In this document: in pieces, positions 36,676 to 49,753 of the stretch
How the letters are laid out: every line of letters starts with the position of its first letter
Numbering within the stretch: the stretch's first letter is position 1
Translations under genes and position numbers: made by a program
Source of the DNA: Podarcis tiliguerta
Taxonomy: Eukaryota
NCBI GenBank assembly: GCA_965153285.1
Contig: OZ229129.1
Direction: 5' to 3' (one strand)
Length of the DNA: 64,000 nt
Notes under the pieces: generated by a model
Told to the model about the DNA's origin: nothing
Seen by the model: only the letters and a program-made list of their open reading frames with translations
Databases searched by the model: none

Positions 36676-38373
36676 CTACAGCACAGAAAACAACTTGTTT
36701 TAAAACGCCAATTCCCAAACTGTGTGTGTGAGCGCACCATGAGAAATAAATTAGTATTAAAAAATATTTTAAAACCCAAAGCGGCAGATAGACCCAACCA
36801 CACAGGAATCTGTTGGTTAGACCTCTGCATGAGTCGCAGGAAGCAGGGCAGGCCAGTCAGCTTTTGCCAAAGTCAAATTGCTTCCACATATTTTTGGGAC
36901 TGGGTACAACTGACTAAACACTTCCAGTGGGGAGATCCAGCAAATAAACTCATTTCCTCGCTCCCCCCAAGCATCAACATCATTAATGAAAGTGACAAGC
37001 ATGACACGGTCTCTTCAGAATGCCTGTGTATGCCTTCCAATCTGGAGGCACACCTAGGTTAGAGAGTCATGCAGAAAAATAGCATGCCCTTTGAGTGTTG
37101 GTAGCTGATTATTCTACACTTGTAAACTATTTCCAAGTATAAAAAGCACACCTCCAGTTTTAATTCTATTGGGGAAATGTGTGTCTACCAAAAAACAGTG
37201 TGGAGCGTTCTTGCCGAGGGCTCCAGCAGCCAATTATGATCTCCTCTAGGATACTCTATTCCATCCCCCATGTTTTCCACCACCCTTCTGTCAGTCAGCA
37301 TTCTGTAGCCGCTGAGCACACTTAGGCCTCATTGGGTGGCTGTTTTTCTGTCCCCAACCCACCCACCAGATTTTGTTGTATCTGTGAATCTTGGGCCCTT
37401 GCTGAGCCTTCCCCTCTTGCACATGGGTGGAGCAGTTCCGGCTATGTTCACTTTGGTACTCACACATAAACAATAGAAATACAAATAGAGGGAGGATTAT
37501 TAAAGCAATCCTCTTGACATTTCCTGGCATTTCTGAATGGGACTCTGAGAAGCAACATTTATCTTTGCAAGAGATAAACAACTGAGAACTGGAAGCCACA
37601 GGAAAGCATCCTTGACAAGAGGAGATGGACTTAAAATGTGATCCTGAAATAAACTTGGATGGAGAAGCATTGGGAATGTGCATGCTGACTGCTCAAAATC
37701 TCCTTAAGCAAGAGCCAATTGGGGCAGGGGGAGGGGGAGGACATATATAAAGGAACATCAGTACAGAGCTGGATTAGTGCGCGCACAGAGGCACAATCTG
37801 GGTTGGAACAACTTAAATCCAACCCTGCATGATGAACTTTAGCCCCCTTCCAAGACCACACACCAATATATTATAAGGATTCTTCCTTACAGCTATAGAG
37901 AGGATAAAGAAATTCAAAGCTGGGCTGATTAAGCACTGGCAGTGGCTGCATAATCTGTAGCGGCAAAAAAAAAAAAAAAAAAAAGTCGGAAATGGAGGAT
38001 ACTATCTGTGGGCATGTTTCAAACACCACAGATGCTCCTGCAGGGCACATCTGGAACAGCAACCGTAAGGCAGAAGTGGTGTGTCTCCTCCCCATCCCTG
38101 CACACACATCTGAGTTGCATGTGCTTACTACACTGATAACCACAGAAAGTGTAGTTTACTTACTACCCAGCTTGCTGCAAAGGCAACAACTCTAACATAA
38201 AGTGGGTTAAACCCATAAGTTTAACAAGGGCTCAAGTTTCATCTCTTCCCCCCACCCCCATGGAAACAATGACTGGTCTGCAACATGCTGATGAGTGTTG
38301 CTTGTTTGGTAGGGAAAGCTTCTAAAGGCAGGGGCAAAACAGGGCTTTCTTGGGTAAAAAGATAAATAGGGAA

Positions 38374-38375
<2 letters not shown>

Positions 38376-38414
<39 letters not shown>
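38376..38414. repeat. (GAT)13 microsatellite
   Basis: Directly visible. Confidence 0.95.
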
Positions 38415-38418
38415 AAGG

Positions 38419-38645
38419 GTGGCATATTGGCTAGAGTGCTGGACCAGGGCCTGGGAAACCAGGGTCCAAATTCCCACTCAGCCATGAAGTTCCCTGGGTG
38501 ACCTTGGCCCAGTCACTCCCTCTCAGTCTAACCTACTCCTCAGGGTTGTTCTGGGGATTAAATGAGGAGGGGAAGAAACATGTGTGCAATCTTGAGCTCT
38601 TTGGAGAAGATGGGATATAAATGCAATAACAAACAAATAAATAAA
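38419..38645 (+). mobile_element. MIR/CORE-like squamate SINE. Other copies near 2950, 3325, 29330, 31760, 34990 and 56880
   Basis: tRNA-like head (GGCTAGAGTG...GGGTCCAAATTCCCAC), core GTGACCTTGGCCCAGTCAC...CCTACTCCTCAGGGTTGTT and an (AATA)n tail. Confidence 0.65.
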
Positions 38646-39710
38646 TGATAAAATAGCGGGGGGGGGGAGCAGCTCAGAGAGGGGATCAGCTGAAAGATGT
38701 GTTGCTATCATATGATGTTGTTGAAAGAGGCTAAAGCAGTCACTTGGTTCTGTGGTTCTAAAACAAACTTGTCCAACATCAGGTCCATTGGGTCTACAAC
38801 TTCCATCACAGGCAGGATGGTTATTGCCACAGTGGTGGGCTTTTTCACTAGTGTCATCTGTGTAGAGTCAAAGGTGAAAATGTTCCAGAAGCCCTGCAAA
38901 CACCATATTGGTAGTCAGGATAATCCTGGAAATAATTGGTAGTTGTTCAAGGATTAGCTCACATTACTTGCTTTGATAAACACTAATTGGCTTGCTTTGA
39001 TGACATGCTTATCTGTGGGCTTTGGAAGCTTGGTTTGTGGCCTGGGGAGGGGAGCTAGCTGTGAGACTTGGATGCTTGCCACCTTTGCCTTCATCAGCAG
39101 GTGGACTGATGGAAGATTCTGGCTAAACTGACATATTCTGTCTTTTGTATAAGTAATGCTTAACATATTAGCACTTTGCAGACAAGTCAAGATGGCTTTT
39201 CACTGCTGAAGTGACCGACCCGCGTATGAAACAGCAGTGGGGCTTTACAGGCTGCTTTGTAAGTTTGCACCCTTCTTTAATAAAGCACTAGAACTGGCCA
39301 TTTTGGCATCCTTCTTTGGTATCTATCCCTGCATAACACCACCCGCACAGGCGGGTTCAGAACAGAACCCAACTCCCAAGTCTGGTTAGAAAGTGAGTTG
39401 GATTAATCAGAGGCTGGTTGTTTTATGTTAATTCAGTCTATTCGTTCATGTAGGTCAGTATCGTTTACCCTGACTAGCAGCAGCGCTCTGAGGTTTCAGA
39501 GAGGGAGTCTCTTTCAGCCCTACCTGGAGATGCCATTGGGGATTAAACCTGGAATGCAAAGCTGATGCACTACCACCGAGCGATGGCTCCTTCCCTTGTA
39601 CAATAGCTTACTGGGAGATGCCAACCCAACCGCGTAAGCCTGTTGCAGTCTTCTGTTCACACTCTGGTTGGCCACCACCATTTGCCACGCTTGCAGCACA
39701 TGTCACTTAC

Positions 39711-39827
39711 TTCAATCTGCTTGTCTTTGAAGATGTTACAGACACCATTATTGAAGGAGGCTCCGGAGAACATGGAGGTGATTGGGTATGTCAAGTCCAG
39801 GATCGTCCGGAACACCGAATTCATATT
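39711..39827 (-). CDS. PNPLA7: PNPLA7 exon, 117 nt: [39 protein letters not shown]
   Basis: Acceptor ctttag, donor GTAAGT. Conserved [13 protein letters not shown] motif. Phase 0/0. Confidence 0.95.
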
Positions 39828-40971
39828 CTAAAGAGAAGTCAAGGCTACCTTTTATATTGAGAAAGAACACCAAAAACCCAGCTGAGATAAAATCCCCTCC
39901 ACCTAAACTAATGAAGTGCAAAGAGTTTGAAACTTTCTACCCTAACAGAATCATGAGGCACTGATGAGTCTACAGAGGATTCTGGGACATATTTCAGAGC
40001 ATCCATGCTGTTAGAGGAGCAGCCTATGACATCTCAATACCCCTATGTGTGAACTTAGTGCACCCAGAGTACATTCAACCACCATCACCCCTTGCATGCC
40101 TGCCAAGCTGATACAATCTGGATAAATTTGCTCTCTGTTACAGATATTTTTCATCAGAGACACTGTGAAAGTTTTCCCAAAGAACCCAAGCTTCTCTGGC
40201 AAACTGTTTTAGAACTTCAGGTCTTAAACAATATTAAAAGCAATATATGAAACAAAACAAATGTAATAGTCAAGGGAGAGAAAGGAACATAGGAAGCTCT
40301 ATTATGCTGAGTTACCCCAATGGTCCATCTAGCTCAGTACTGTCTGCACTGACTGGCAGCGGTTTTCCAGGATTTCAAGCAGCCATCTCTGTTAACCCTA
40401 TAGCTGGGGATGCCAGCAGGGATTGAACCTAGGACTTTCTGCATGCAAGACATATGATATACCACTGAGCTATGGCCCTTCCCCCAGGTATATGAGAAAG
40501 AGGAAAGGAGCTTGCTAAGTGGTTCATCTCAGGTTTGTTACACCAAGGATAGTTTGAGCAGTTGGGAGGTGGAATTGCAGCATCTACAGCCACACACCCC
40601 TTTGGGGAACACTATTTATCTCCCCACATCAGATATATTAAGGGAAGGGTTATAGTTTGTTTACTTTTTATTATTTGTATTCCACTCTTCATCTATAGAT
40701 CTCAAGGTGGTTCGCAGCATAAAAATACAAAATAGAAACACAAGATACATAATAAAAACAAGAACAAACCAATAACCCCTCTCCCCACTCCCAAACACAT
40801 TTAATACAGAGTTCCTAAGTAGAGAGCATATGTGTTGAATGCAATTAAGAGGATGGGACAGACCCCACTCTGGAGAGCCACTGGACATAAGAAGAGCCCT
40901 GGTGGATCAGGCCAATGACCCATCTAGTTCAGCATCCTGTTCTCACAGTGGACAACCATAGATGTCTAGAT

Positions 40972-41222
40972 CAGGGGTAGACAAGCTAAGGCCCGGGGGC
41001 CGGATCCAGACCAATCGCCTTCTCAATCCAGCCTGTGGTTGGTCCGAGAATCAGCATGCTTTTACATGAGTAGAATGTGTCCTTTTATTTAAAATGCACC
41101 TCTGGGTTATTTGTGGGGCACAGGAATTCATTCATTCCCCCCCCCCCAAAATAGTCCAGCCCCCCCACAAGGTCTGAGGGATGGTGGTCCAGCCCCCTGC
41201 TGAAAAAGGTTACTGACCCCTG
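40972..41222. mobile_element. hAT-Charlie MITE inserted in a CR1-type 3' end
   Basis: TIRs CAGGGGTAG.../...TGACCCCTG. TSD GTCTAGAT/GTCTTGAT fits the Charlie NTCTAGAN preference. Confidence 0.8.
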
Positions 41223-44014
41223 GTCTTGATGCTTTACTGAGAAGCCCAGAAGCAGCACCTGAGCACAACAGCAACTTTCCCCACTTAAGATTCTCAACAA
41301 CGTAACACCTCTGATGGGAGGCCAAACATGCCATCATGCCTAGTAGCCACTGATAGCCTTTTCCTCCATGAATTTGTCCAATCCTCTTTTAAAGCCCTCC
41401 ATCATGGCTTCCTGCTGGAGCAAGTTCTATAGTTTAACTATATGTTGCATGAAGAAATAGAAAATTTATTTTGTCCTGAATCTTCCAACAAATGATGGCT
41501 TGCAGGGTAGATCCTGGCCTTGTTCCCCGGGATCATGGTATCTGGCTCCCAGCTAGCACAGCAGATTTAGGGGCGGAGGAAGGGGGTGCGGTGGGGGTTG
41601 GAACTCCCCGGGTGTCACCACTGAGGGGGGTTGACAAAATGCCAGGTGGCACTCACCACGGGGCCTGCAGCGTGCCCGAGCCATGCCTCTCTCCTGGGAG
41701 TGGCATGATGGCTTGGGCGCCTGCAGGCTCTATGCTGCCCCAAACGGTCCGCACACCGCCTCCCCCTCAGCTGTAGGGCGGCTGAGTGGGAGGAGGCAGG
41801 CAGACTCCTTGGAGGCCCCACGGAGCATCCTGCCCTGGCTTGCCCCACCCTGCGGGCAGCTGGCCCCACCCCTGGGCGCAGGGCATGTGTGCCACTGCTG
41901 CATAGGAAGTCAGACCATTGGGTACATCTAGATCAGTATTTTCTGACCACCACCAGCAGTTCTCTAAGGTTTCAGGGCATGGGACATTTGCAGCCCTACC
42001 TGGAAAACCTGAGGAATTCCTGCATGCAAAGCAGATGCTCAGTCTCTGTATTGCAAAACCGTTCCCCATACAGCCAGTTTCACTTGTAAGGGGAAAAACA
42101 GCAAGGAGACCCTCTGTGCATTTCACATACGCGTGTGTGTGTGTGTATTTGCATTGCTGCTTCATCTGAAATTTAGAAAGGAAAAAATCTTATTACTGAT
42201 GCAACTCTTGAGGGGCGTCTTTTGGGAAGAATGCTCCTCCTTCTAAGCGCTTATGTTCCATACCATGCTAACAGGGGATGCCAGATTTACTATATAATGC
42301 TGGGCGATTCACAAGGGGGTGGACTGGATATTTTCTGGCCCTCTAACTAGTAGCTGGGAAAACACAGCACCCCCTCAAGAAAACTGGAGTTGTCACTCCC
42401 TGGAGTGAACCCATTGAGGCAGAAAAGGAGGGTCCTCTTTCCTCTGTACCAGCTGAGTTTTAAGTCCAGTTCTGCAACTGGAACAAATCCACATGTACAG
42501 AGCTTCTGTCCCCTGGGGGCTTAGTGAGTGCTTCAGCTCAGCTTATCCAACCACTGTGTTTTTTGTTCCTGAGCCCTGAGCACTCAAGGCTTGACAAATG
42601 AAACCCAGATGACAGACGTTGCCTGGAAAAGCGTCAGAAATGGCCCTTCCATTTGTTATTCAGTAATCCCGTCAACCTGGTTTGTGCTGCTCTTTCACAA
42701 GTGGGCAGGGGGGGGGGCAGGGAGGAAGCACTTCTAAAAATATCTAAAAGCCTTTTCGACCTGCAGTCATTTCTCATGGCAGTTTTAGCAATGGGGCAAC
42801 AGGTGGGAGCTATTTAGCAAAGACAAGAGAGTGTGGAGACCTGAGGGCCAGGCTGTTCTCTGGCTGGCAGCCCCTGTTCTGCAGCCAAACCTCCACAGCA
42901 GTCTTAGGAGTGCTAAGTGCCAAAAAATGAGAATCCAGCACCCAAAATAAAGTCAGGAACTGGCTCCCTTTGGGCCCTGCTCCTGTCACGTAGTTTGCAT
43001 CCCCTGCTCAGGTGGGTACAGAAAAGCTTCTGCAATGCATGACATGCTGGTCAGTTTCCAGTTTTGCGAAGAGGGAGAGTTGCTGTTGTTCATTCAGCTA
43101 CCGGGCCAAAATTTGCCCAGCAAGCGAGTCAATAAGCAGAAGCAGAGAACAATACCCCTCTATAGGTCTCTTGGGACCGATTCTCTTGTGTGAGATACAT
43201 TGGGTTATTTCTTTTAAAATTTAAATTAAGTTAAATTAAATTAAAGGCAGAAACAAAGAAACCTGCTGGGGTGCTTCAGTCCTCTCTCTAAGGCAGAGAC
43301 AAAATGATTGGACACATTTCATCAAGATTTTTCACTCCCCTCATTGTGTGGTCAACTGTTTTGGTGTGATGGAAAGGTTTACCCATTCAGCGTAAGGGTT
43401 AGAAAGCACTGTTGTCACTGCGATTTGGCTTTGCAATGGTGCTGCAAACCTGTTGGCTGATGACACTGTGCCAACTCTGTGGTTTTTGAATCGCTGAATA
43501 AAGTAGCCAGCAAGAACCATCTTTCATAAAACAAAACAAACCACAGCTGCTAGGAAGGGTGAAACAGTGCCAAAAAGATAAGGATTTTTGGGAGGCAGGT
43601 GTCTTTTGTAGAACTTACCACTTACCGGAAAAAACCCTTTTTGCACTGGAAAAAGTTTTCCTAATGAAAACTAAATCTAGCGACAACTACACCAGGGATG
43701 GCCAACCTGGGACCATCCTAGCCTCTCCCACTTTGTACACCTGAAAGTTATTGCTGGGGGAGGGGGAAGAGTTGCTCATTGGAGCTCCTTTATATCAGAT
43801 GCAGAAAAGTTCTAAAGCAAAGCAGAAGTAGGAAGGACTTGGGTGCCCCCCCTTCCTTGCCACACCAATATTAGAAGATGGGAAATGGTGAGAAGCGAAG
43901 GAGGAAGATCCTGTCACTGGCAATTCACCAGAAACGTTTTACCTCTGTTCCCCTGCAACTCTCCATCTCTTTGGACAAAAAAATAATAATTAAATGGAAA
44001 CCAGGAGGTTGTTC

Positions 44015-44214
44015 NNNNNNNNNNNNNNNNNNNNNNNNNNNNNNNNNNNNNNNNNNNNNNNNNNNNNNNNNNNNNNNNNNNNNNNNNNNNNNNNNNNNNN
44101 NNNNNNNNNNNNNNNNNNNNNNNNNNNNNNNNNNNNNNNNNNNNNNNNNNNNNNNNNNNNNNNNNNNNNNNNNNNNNNNNNNNNNNNNNNNNNNNNNNNN
44201 NNNNNNNNNNNNNN
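44015..44214. other. Assembly gap (200 N) inside a PNPLA7 intron
   Basis: Run of N; true size unknown. Confidence 0.99.
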
Positions 44215-45576
44215 TCAATGGAGCCAGACACAAAGCATATGCTTGGTGGAAAAGCAACACTCCCAGTTTGGAGCTATCAGACGTAGGTTCCTTGTATGAA
44301 ACGTCTCAATTTCAGCAGCAGAGACTGGTGGTGCTGAGAGACCAAAAAAATCCCCCACACAGAGCGTGTTCTCAGCAACCCCCCCCTTTATTTCTTGGAA
44401 CTCCTGTTCACCAAGAGTTTTCTTTTAAGAAAAATAAAAACTACTAGATACAAATAATTACCTCTGTCAATCACTCCTACCCACAAAATGACAGCATGTG
44501 GAATGAGAAAGAGAAGAGAAAGTTATAAGAAACGTCACAAAAAGAAGAAAACAAACAGATGTGGACAAAACGTAAGCCCAGCCTTCCTTCCTAACATGGT
44601 GGCCTCCAAATGGGGCTAGACTAAAACTAGAATGGCTCTGCCAGTCCGTGGCTCTCTGGCACCACCTATCTTGGGCTCCCTGCCTTCTGCCCTACCAATC
44701 CCAAATGGACACCAACCATCACCACTTGGATATAACAACTTTTTGGTGCCCCTTTTAGGTTATTTTCCTTTTGTAATATTTTTTTAAGTTTCCATTTCAT
44801 AATATTTAAATACATCCTTATTTATTATCCTTACTATTTGCTCATATCAGTTAATCGACTTCCCTCCCTCCCGACTCACGGTTTTCATAATTCATTTCTG
44901 AGACATAGCATTTGTACCTCTTCCTATTTACATTTCACTTATTCCAATTATCAGAAATTTTAAATAAATATAAAAAGGTAATAATCGTCGTCATTACAAG
45001 TCTTTTCATATCAGCCCTACTAGTGTTGTTAATTGTTTACAATTGTCCTTCAAATACTGTATAAATTTACTCCAGTCTTTTTGGAAAGCTTGATCACACC
45101 GGTTTCGGATTTTCCCGGTCAGCTCTGCCAATTCTGCATATTCCATCATCTTCATTTGACACTCTTCTAACGCATTTCTTGTTGTTTTCATTTTGGGGCT
45201 AAAAGAGTCCTTGCTGCCGTTGTTGCATACATAAACAATTTTTGATCTTTTTTTGGAATTTCCTTGCCTATTGTACCCTATAAGAATGCTTCTGATTTTT
45301 TAACAAATGTATTTTTATACATTTTCTTCAACTATTTATATACATTTCCCAGAAAGCTTTCACCTTACTACATGTCCACCACATGATAGAAATTCCCTTC
45401 CTTTTCTTTACATTTCCAACATTCCTTATTTTTTGTTTTATACAATTTTAGAAAGCTTAGTTGGTATCAAATACCATCTATACATCATTTTCAACACATT
45501 CTCGTTTAATGCACTACAGGCAGTAAATTTAATTCCTTCATTCCATAACCTTTCCTATCATTCTAATTTAATATTA

Positions 45577-45825
45577 CAGTGGCACCTTGGGTTACACTGA
45601 ACCTGACGCTTCAGGTTACAGACGCTTTGTGTTACAGACTCCAATAACCCAGAAATAGTACCTCAGGTTAAGAACTTTGCTTCAGGATGAGAACAAAAAT
45701 CACGCGGTAGTGGCACGGTGGCAAAGGAGGCCCCATTAGCTAAAGTGGTGCTTCAGGTTAAGAACAGTTTCAGGTTATGAACGGACCTGCAGAACAAATT
45801 AAGTTCTTAACCCGAGGTACCACTG
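45577..45825. mobile_element. Tigger-like MITE nested in L1, opposite orientation to the 49339 copy
   Basis: TA|CAGTGGCACCTTGGGTTA...TAACCCGAGGTACCACTG|TA. Confidence 0.85.
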
Positions 45826-46967
45826 TATAACCAAAATCTTTAGCCCATTGTATCATAACCACTTTAACTTCTTCATCTTTAGTATGCCATTCTAATAATA
45901 ATTTATATATTTTCGACAATCATCCAGCAACTCTGTTTCCAGCTTGGATATTATCGTTTCAAAGCCCATATTCTTTTTATCCTAATTAAACACATCATCT
46001 ACCTGGTGATACTGCAACCAATCTGTCATTAAATATTTTATTTCATCATATGTTTTTAATTTTAGCTTGTTGTCTACTTCTATCAATAAATCTCTATATG
46101 TGGCCCACTTTCCTTTCATATTTAATCTCTTTACCAATTTGCTTCTACTGGTGAGAGCCACCAAGGAGTTTTCCGTTCCAACAAGCTTTTATATCTATTC
46201 CATACCTCATAAATTGATTTTCTTATCGTGTGGTTCAGGAATCCTCTATGTACTTTAACTTTATCATACCATAAATAAGCATGCTAACCATATCTGTTAT
46301 CATATCATTCTAAACAAATCTGTATTCTGTTATAAAATCCAATCTCTCAACCAGCATAGGCAGGACGCTTCATAATATATCTTCAGGTCTGGCAACGAGA
46401 ATCCGCCTCTTTCCTTTATATAATTTATATTTAATTCTTCGTTTCTTCCCTTGCCAGATAAACTTTGATAATATTTTTTGCCACTCCCTGAATTGTCCTA
46501 CCCCACTGATCACTGGGATTGTTTGAAATAAAAACAACATTTAAGGTAACACATTCATCTTTACAGCCGATATTCTTCCCCAAAGAGATAGTTTCATCCT
46601 TCCCCACACTTCTAAATCTCTCTTTACTCCATTCCAAACAGGTATGTAATTATTCTTATACAAATTAATATTTTTTGCAGTTAACCGTATTCCCAAATAT
46701 TTCACCTTTTTAACAATCAATATTTCAGTCTTGTGTTGCAACTCTTCTATCCTATCTCTATCTAATTTTTTAACTAACATTTTCATTTTGGCTTTGTTAA
46801 GTCTAAAACCAGCTAATTGCCCAAATTCTTCCATCCTCTCCAGTGCTTCCGGTACACTGGATAAGGGTTCTAATGTTAATACAAGTTCATCAGCAAAGGC
46901 TTTTAATTTATATTCTCTGGAACCAACTCTAATTCCTTTTACACTTTCATTCACTTTTAAGTTCTTT

Positions 46968-47466
46968 TTTTTTTAAAAGATATTTATTGAAATTTCAACA
47001 TGTTACAAAAATAAGAAAAAAGAAAAAGAAAATACAAAATAAAAACAGTTAAAAACAAATCAGTCTTTCCATATCTTGTCTTTCATTTACTTGTTTCCCT
47101 GACCTCCTCACAACTCCCTCTCTTGTATTCCAGTTCAGTTAGTTAATTCAGCAAATCCTTTCCCTCTTTGATTTTACCTTAATCTTTTATCTTAATATAT
47201 TGTAGCTTTAGATTATCACCTGTTAACAGTCCATTTTTACATATTCCTTTATAACATTGCTGCTAAAAAAACCACTTAACTTCAATCCAACATCATTCTA
47301 ACATTCATTAATTTTGCAGTATTTCTGTAAGGAGTCTTTAAATTTCTTCCAATCTTCTTCCACCGACTCTTCTCCCTGGTCTCGGATTCTGCCGGTCATT
47401 TCCGCCAATTCCATATAGTCCATCACCTTCATCTGCCATTCTTCCAGAGTGGGTACATCTTGTGTC
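46968..47466 (-). mobile_element. Younger L1 3' end inserted into the RT domain of the older L1
   Basis: Perfect 18-bp TSD TTCACTTTTAAGTTCTTT (46950-46967, 47467-47484). Removing it restores LTKNLKVNESVKGIRVG. Confidence 0.85.
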
Positions 47467-48451
47467 TTCACTTTTAAGTTCTTTGTCAGGACCTCTAGGA
47501 CCGTTATATATAATAAGGGTGATAACGGGCATCCCTGTCTTATTCCTTTTGTTATTTCAAAATTTTCACTTTAAAACATTATTAACTATTAATCTTGGCT
47601 TGTGTTCTGAATATCTAGCTTCTATTCCTCTAAGGAAACATTGCCCCATGTCCATTAATTCCAAATTTTTCTTCATAAAATACCAAGATATATTATCAAA
47701 CGCTTTTTCAGCATCAATAAACATTAAAGCAGCTTACTTATAATTTCTGGTCTCCAGATATTCTACTATACCAATTATATTTCTTACGTTAGCTTTCATC
47801 TCTTGACCAGGAAAAAGCCTGCTTGATCCTCGTGTATCACCTCCTTCAAAATTTATTTTAACCTATTTGCTAAGATACTAGCAAATAGCTTATAATAATT
47901 GTTTAACAGTGATATTGGTCTATAATTTTTAACTTTAAGTAAATCCGTATCTTGCTTTGGAATTGATGTTATGTATGCATCCTTCCATGTCATCAAAATC
48001 TTTCCTTTCATCAGTATATTATTTATTACTTCTCTTAAGGGTAATGTCAGCTGTTCACTCAATTTTTTGTAATATGTTGCCATAAGTCAATCCGGGCCTG
48101 GTGCTTTCGCACTCTTCATTTGTTTTACAGCTGTTTGTACTTCAATATTCATTATTAAAGAATTCAGTTGTTCCTTTATGTCATTCGGAATCTTCTGTAA
48201 TTTGTTCAGTTCCAAGTAATCCACTATTTTTTCTTTTATAAGTCTTTATAAAATTTCTGGAAATTCTTCCTAATCTCTCGCGGATTTTCGATTATTTTAT
48301 CTTCATTTAGTTTATTCTCCCATCTTCTTCCTTTCTCCATATCTAAGCCATTCCTTTGCTTTTGCACTACTAAAAGCTTGATCAAAACATCCCACCACCC
48401 TTCCAATAAAAGGATAGTAGAGGCCTCCGGGTATAGGGCGGTATATAAATT

Positions 48452-48452
48452 C

Positions 48453-48498
<46 letters not shown>
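48452..48498. repeat. (TAA)n tail of a short plus-strand LINE 3' end (about 48385-48498)
   Basis: GGGCGGTATATAAATTC followed by (TAA)n. Confidence 0.8.
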
Positions 48499-49250
48499 TC
48501 TGCATGAGGCTCGGCAAAGAGACGCTGCCATAAAAGCTTTCTGATTGATGTGCGGCATGAACAGCAAGGAACAACTCCCCTGGGGAACTGCCCTGCCAAC
48601 CCCATCCCCATCGGGTCTGACCAGCATCTCGTTCTCTGCCAGCTTATTTATGGCCTCAGTAGCTTTCCACCACGAAGGGGTGTGAAAACAGACAAAGATA
48701 TTTTAACTATGTCACCTTCTTCCAGCTAAGGATCTAAGTCAGGGATGAGAGAACTCAGGCCACGCCCTCTTCCCCCAAGGCCATACCTCTCCCCAGCCCT
48801 GCACTGCACCCTCCCTGGGTGCTTTCGCCTAGTTGAAATGTGTCCCTCAGCTTTGATTGTGCCTCTGACATGCCAGAATGATGACACTGATACGTGAGTG
48901 TGGGCATGAGTGCTCATCCCCACTTCATTTAATTCACAGATGCATGCCCATAAATGTATTTTTATGTCTTCCAAAGCATAACGGCACATAGCACATACCA
49001 TTAGAACTCGTCAATAAAGGCTCACGTCCGGCAGAGCTTTAAATTTAAAGGGGCAAGCTGTCAAAACCTCTGCTGTCAAAATTGTTGTGCCATAGCGCCC
49101 CTAGAGGTCACTTCAGCATAAGAGCAGGCAATACCTCTGGTTTCTAAGATTAAGATAACTCACTGCACCAATGTAACAAGCAGCTCATCAGGATGGGGAT
49201 ACTTTCTATCTTAACCGGAAACAATTAACCAAGCTTGTTTAACTAAGGAA

Positions 49251-49284
<34 letters not shown>

Positions 49285-49338
49285 AATGAAAGAATGAAAC
49301 ACTGTTTAAAACAGTTTGTAAATGCTTTATTCTGTATA

Positions 49339-49580
49339 CAGTGGTACCTTGGGTTAAGAACTTAATTTGTTCTGGATGTCCATTCTTAACCTGAAACTGT
49401 TCTTAACCTGAAACACCACTTTAGCTAATGGGGGCTCCCGCTGCCGCCGCACTGCCGGAGCACGATTTCTGTTCTCATCATGAAGCAAAGGTCTTAACCC
49501 GAGGTACTATTAATGGGTTAGCGGAGTCTGTAACACGAAGCGTCTGTAACCTGAAGCATATGTAACCCGAGGTACCACTG
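49339..49580. mobile_element. Tigger-like MITE
   Basis: TA|CAGTGGTACCTTGGGTTA...TAACCCGAGGTACCACTG|TA. Confidence 0.88.
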
Positions 49581-49753
49581 TAACTAACTTCCAAAATATG
49601 CATTCTGGGAAACTGCTGCCGTCATAATAACCCCCTGAGCACGGGAGCAGGTAGGCTGCAACCTGTCAGGGGAAGCGTTTGGGCAGGGTTCCTCCAACAC
49701 AAAGGATATTGATGGAGGTGACTGATAAGATATGTAGCAATGTTTGCCTAGAA

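Larger units (their letters stand above)
44765..48380 (-). mobile_element. Degenerate 5'-truncated L1 LINE (ORF2 reverse transcriptase to 3' UTR) with two nested insertions
   Basis: RT motifs KAPGPD, YRPISLLNNYYKLFASILANRLK, DAEKAFD, GIRQGCPLS, KAFADELV (decayed FADD), VKYLGI and RISAVKMNVLP. Many stops and frameshifts. Confidence 0.9.

Noticed and set aside
38697-39190. Short ORFs suggesting a nested gene in a PNPLA7 intron
   Set aside because: No recognisable homology, no convincing splice signals, and lengths within chance expectation.
43878-44447. ORFs spanning the N run
   Set aside because: Artefacts of the assembly gap.
49093-49110. Second CTCF-like motif (CCTCTAGGGGCGCT, minus)
   Set aside because: One base shorter than the consensus spacing, so not called.
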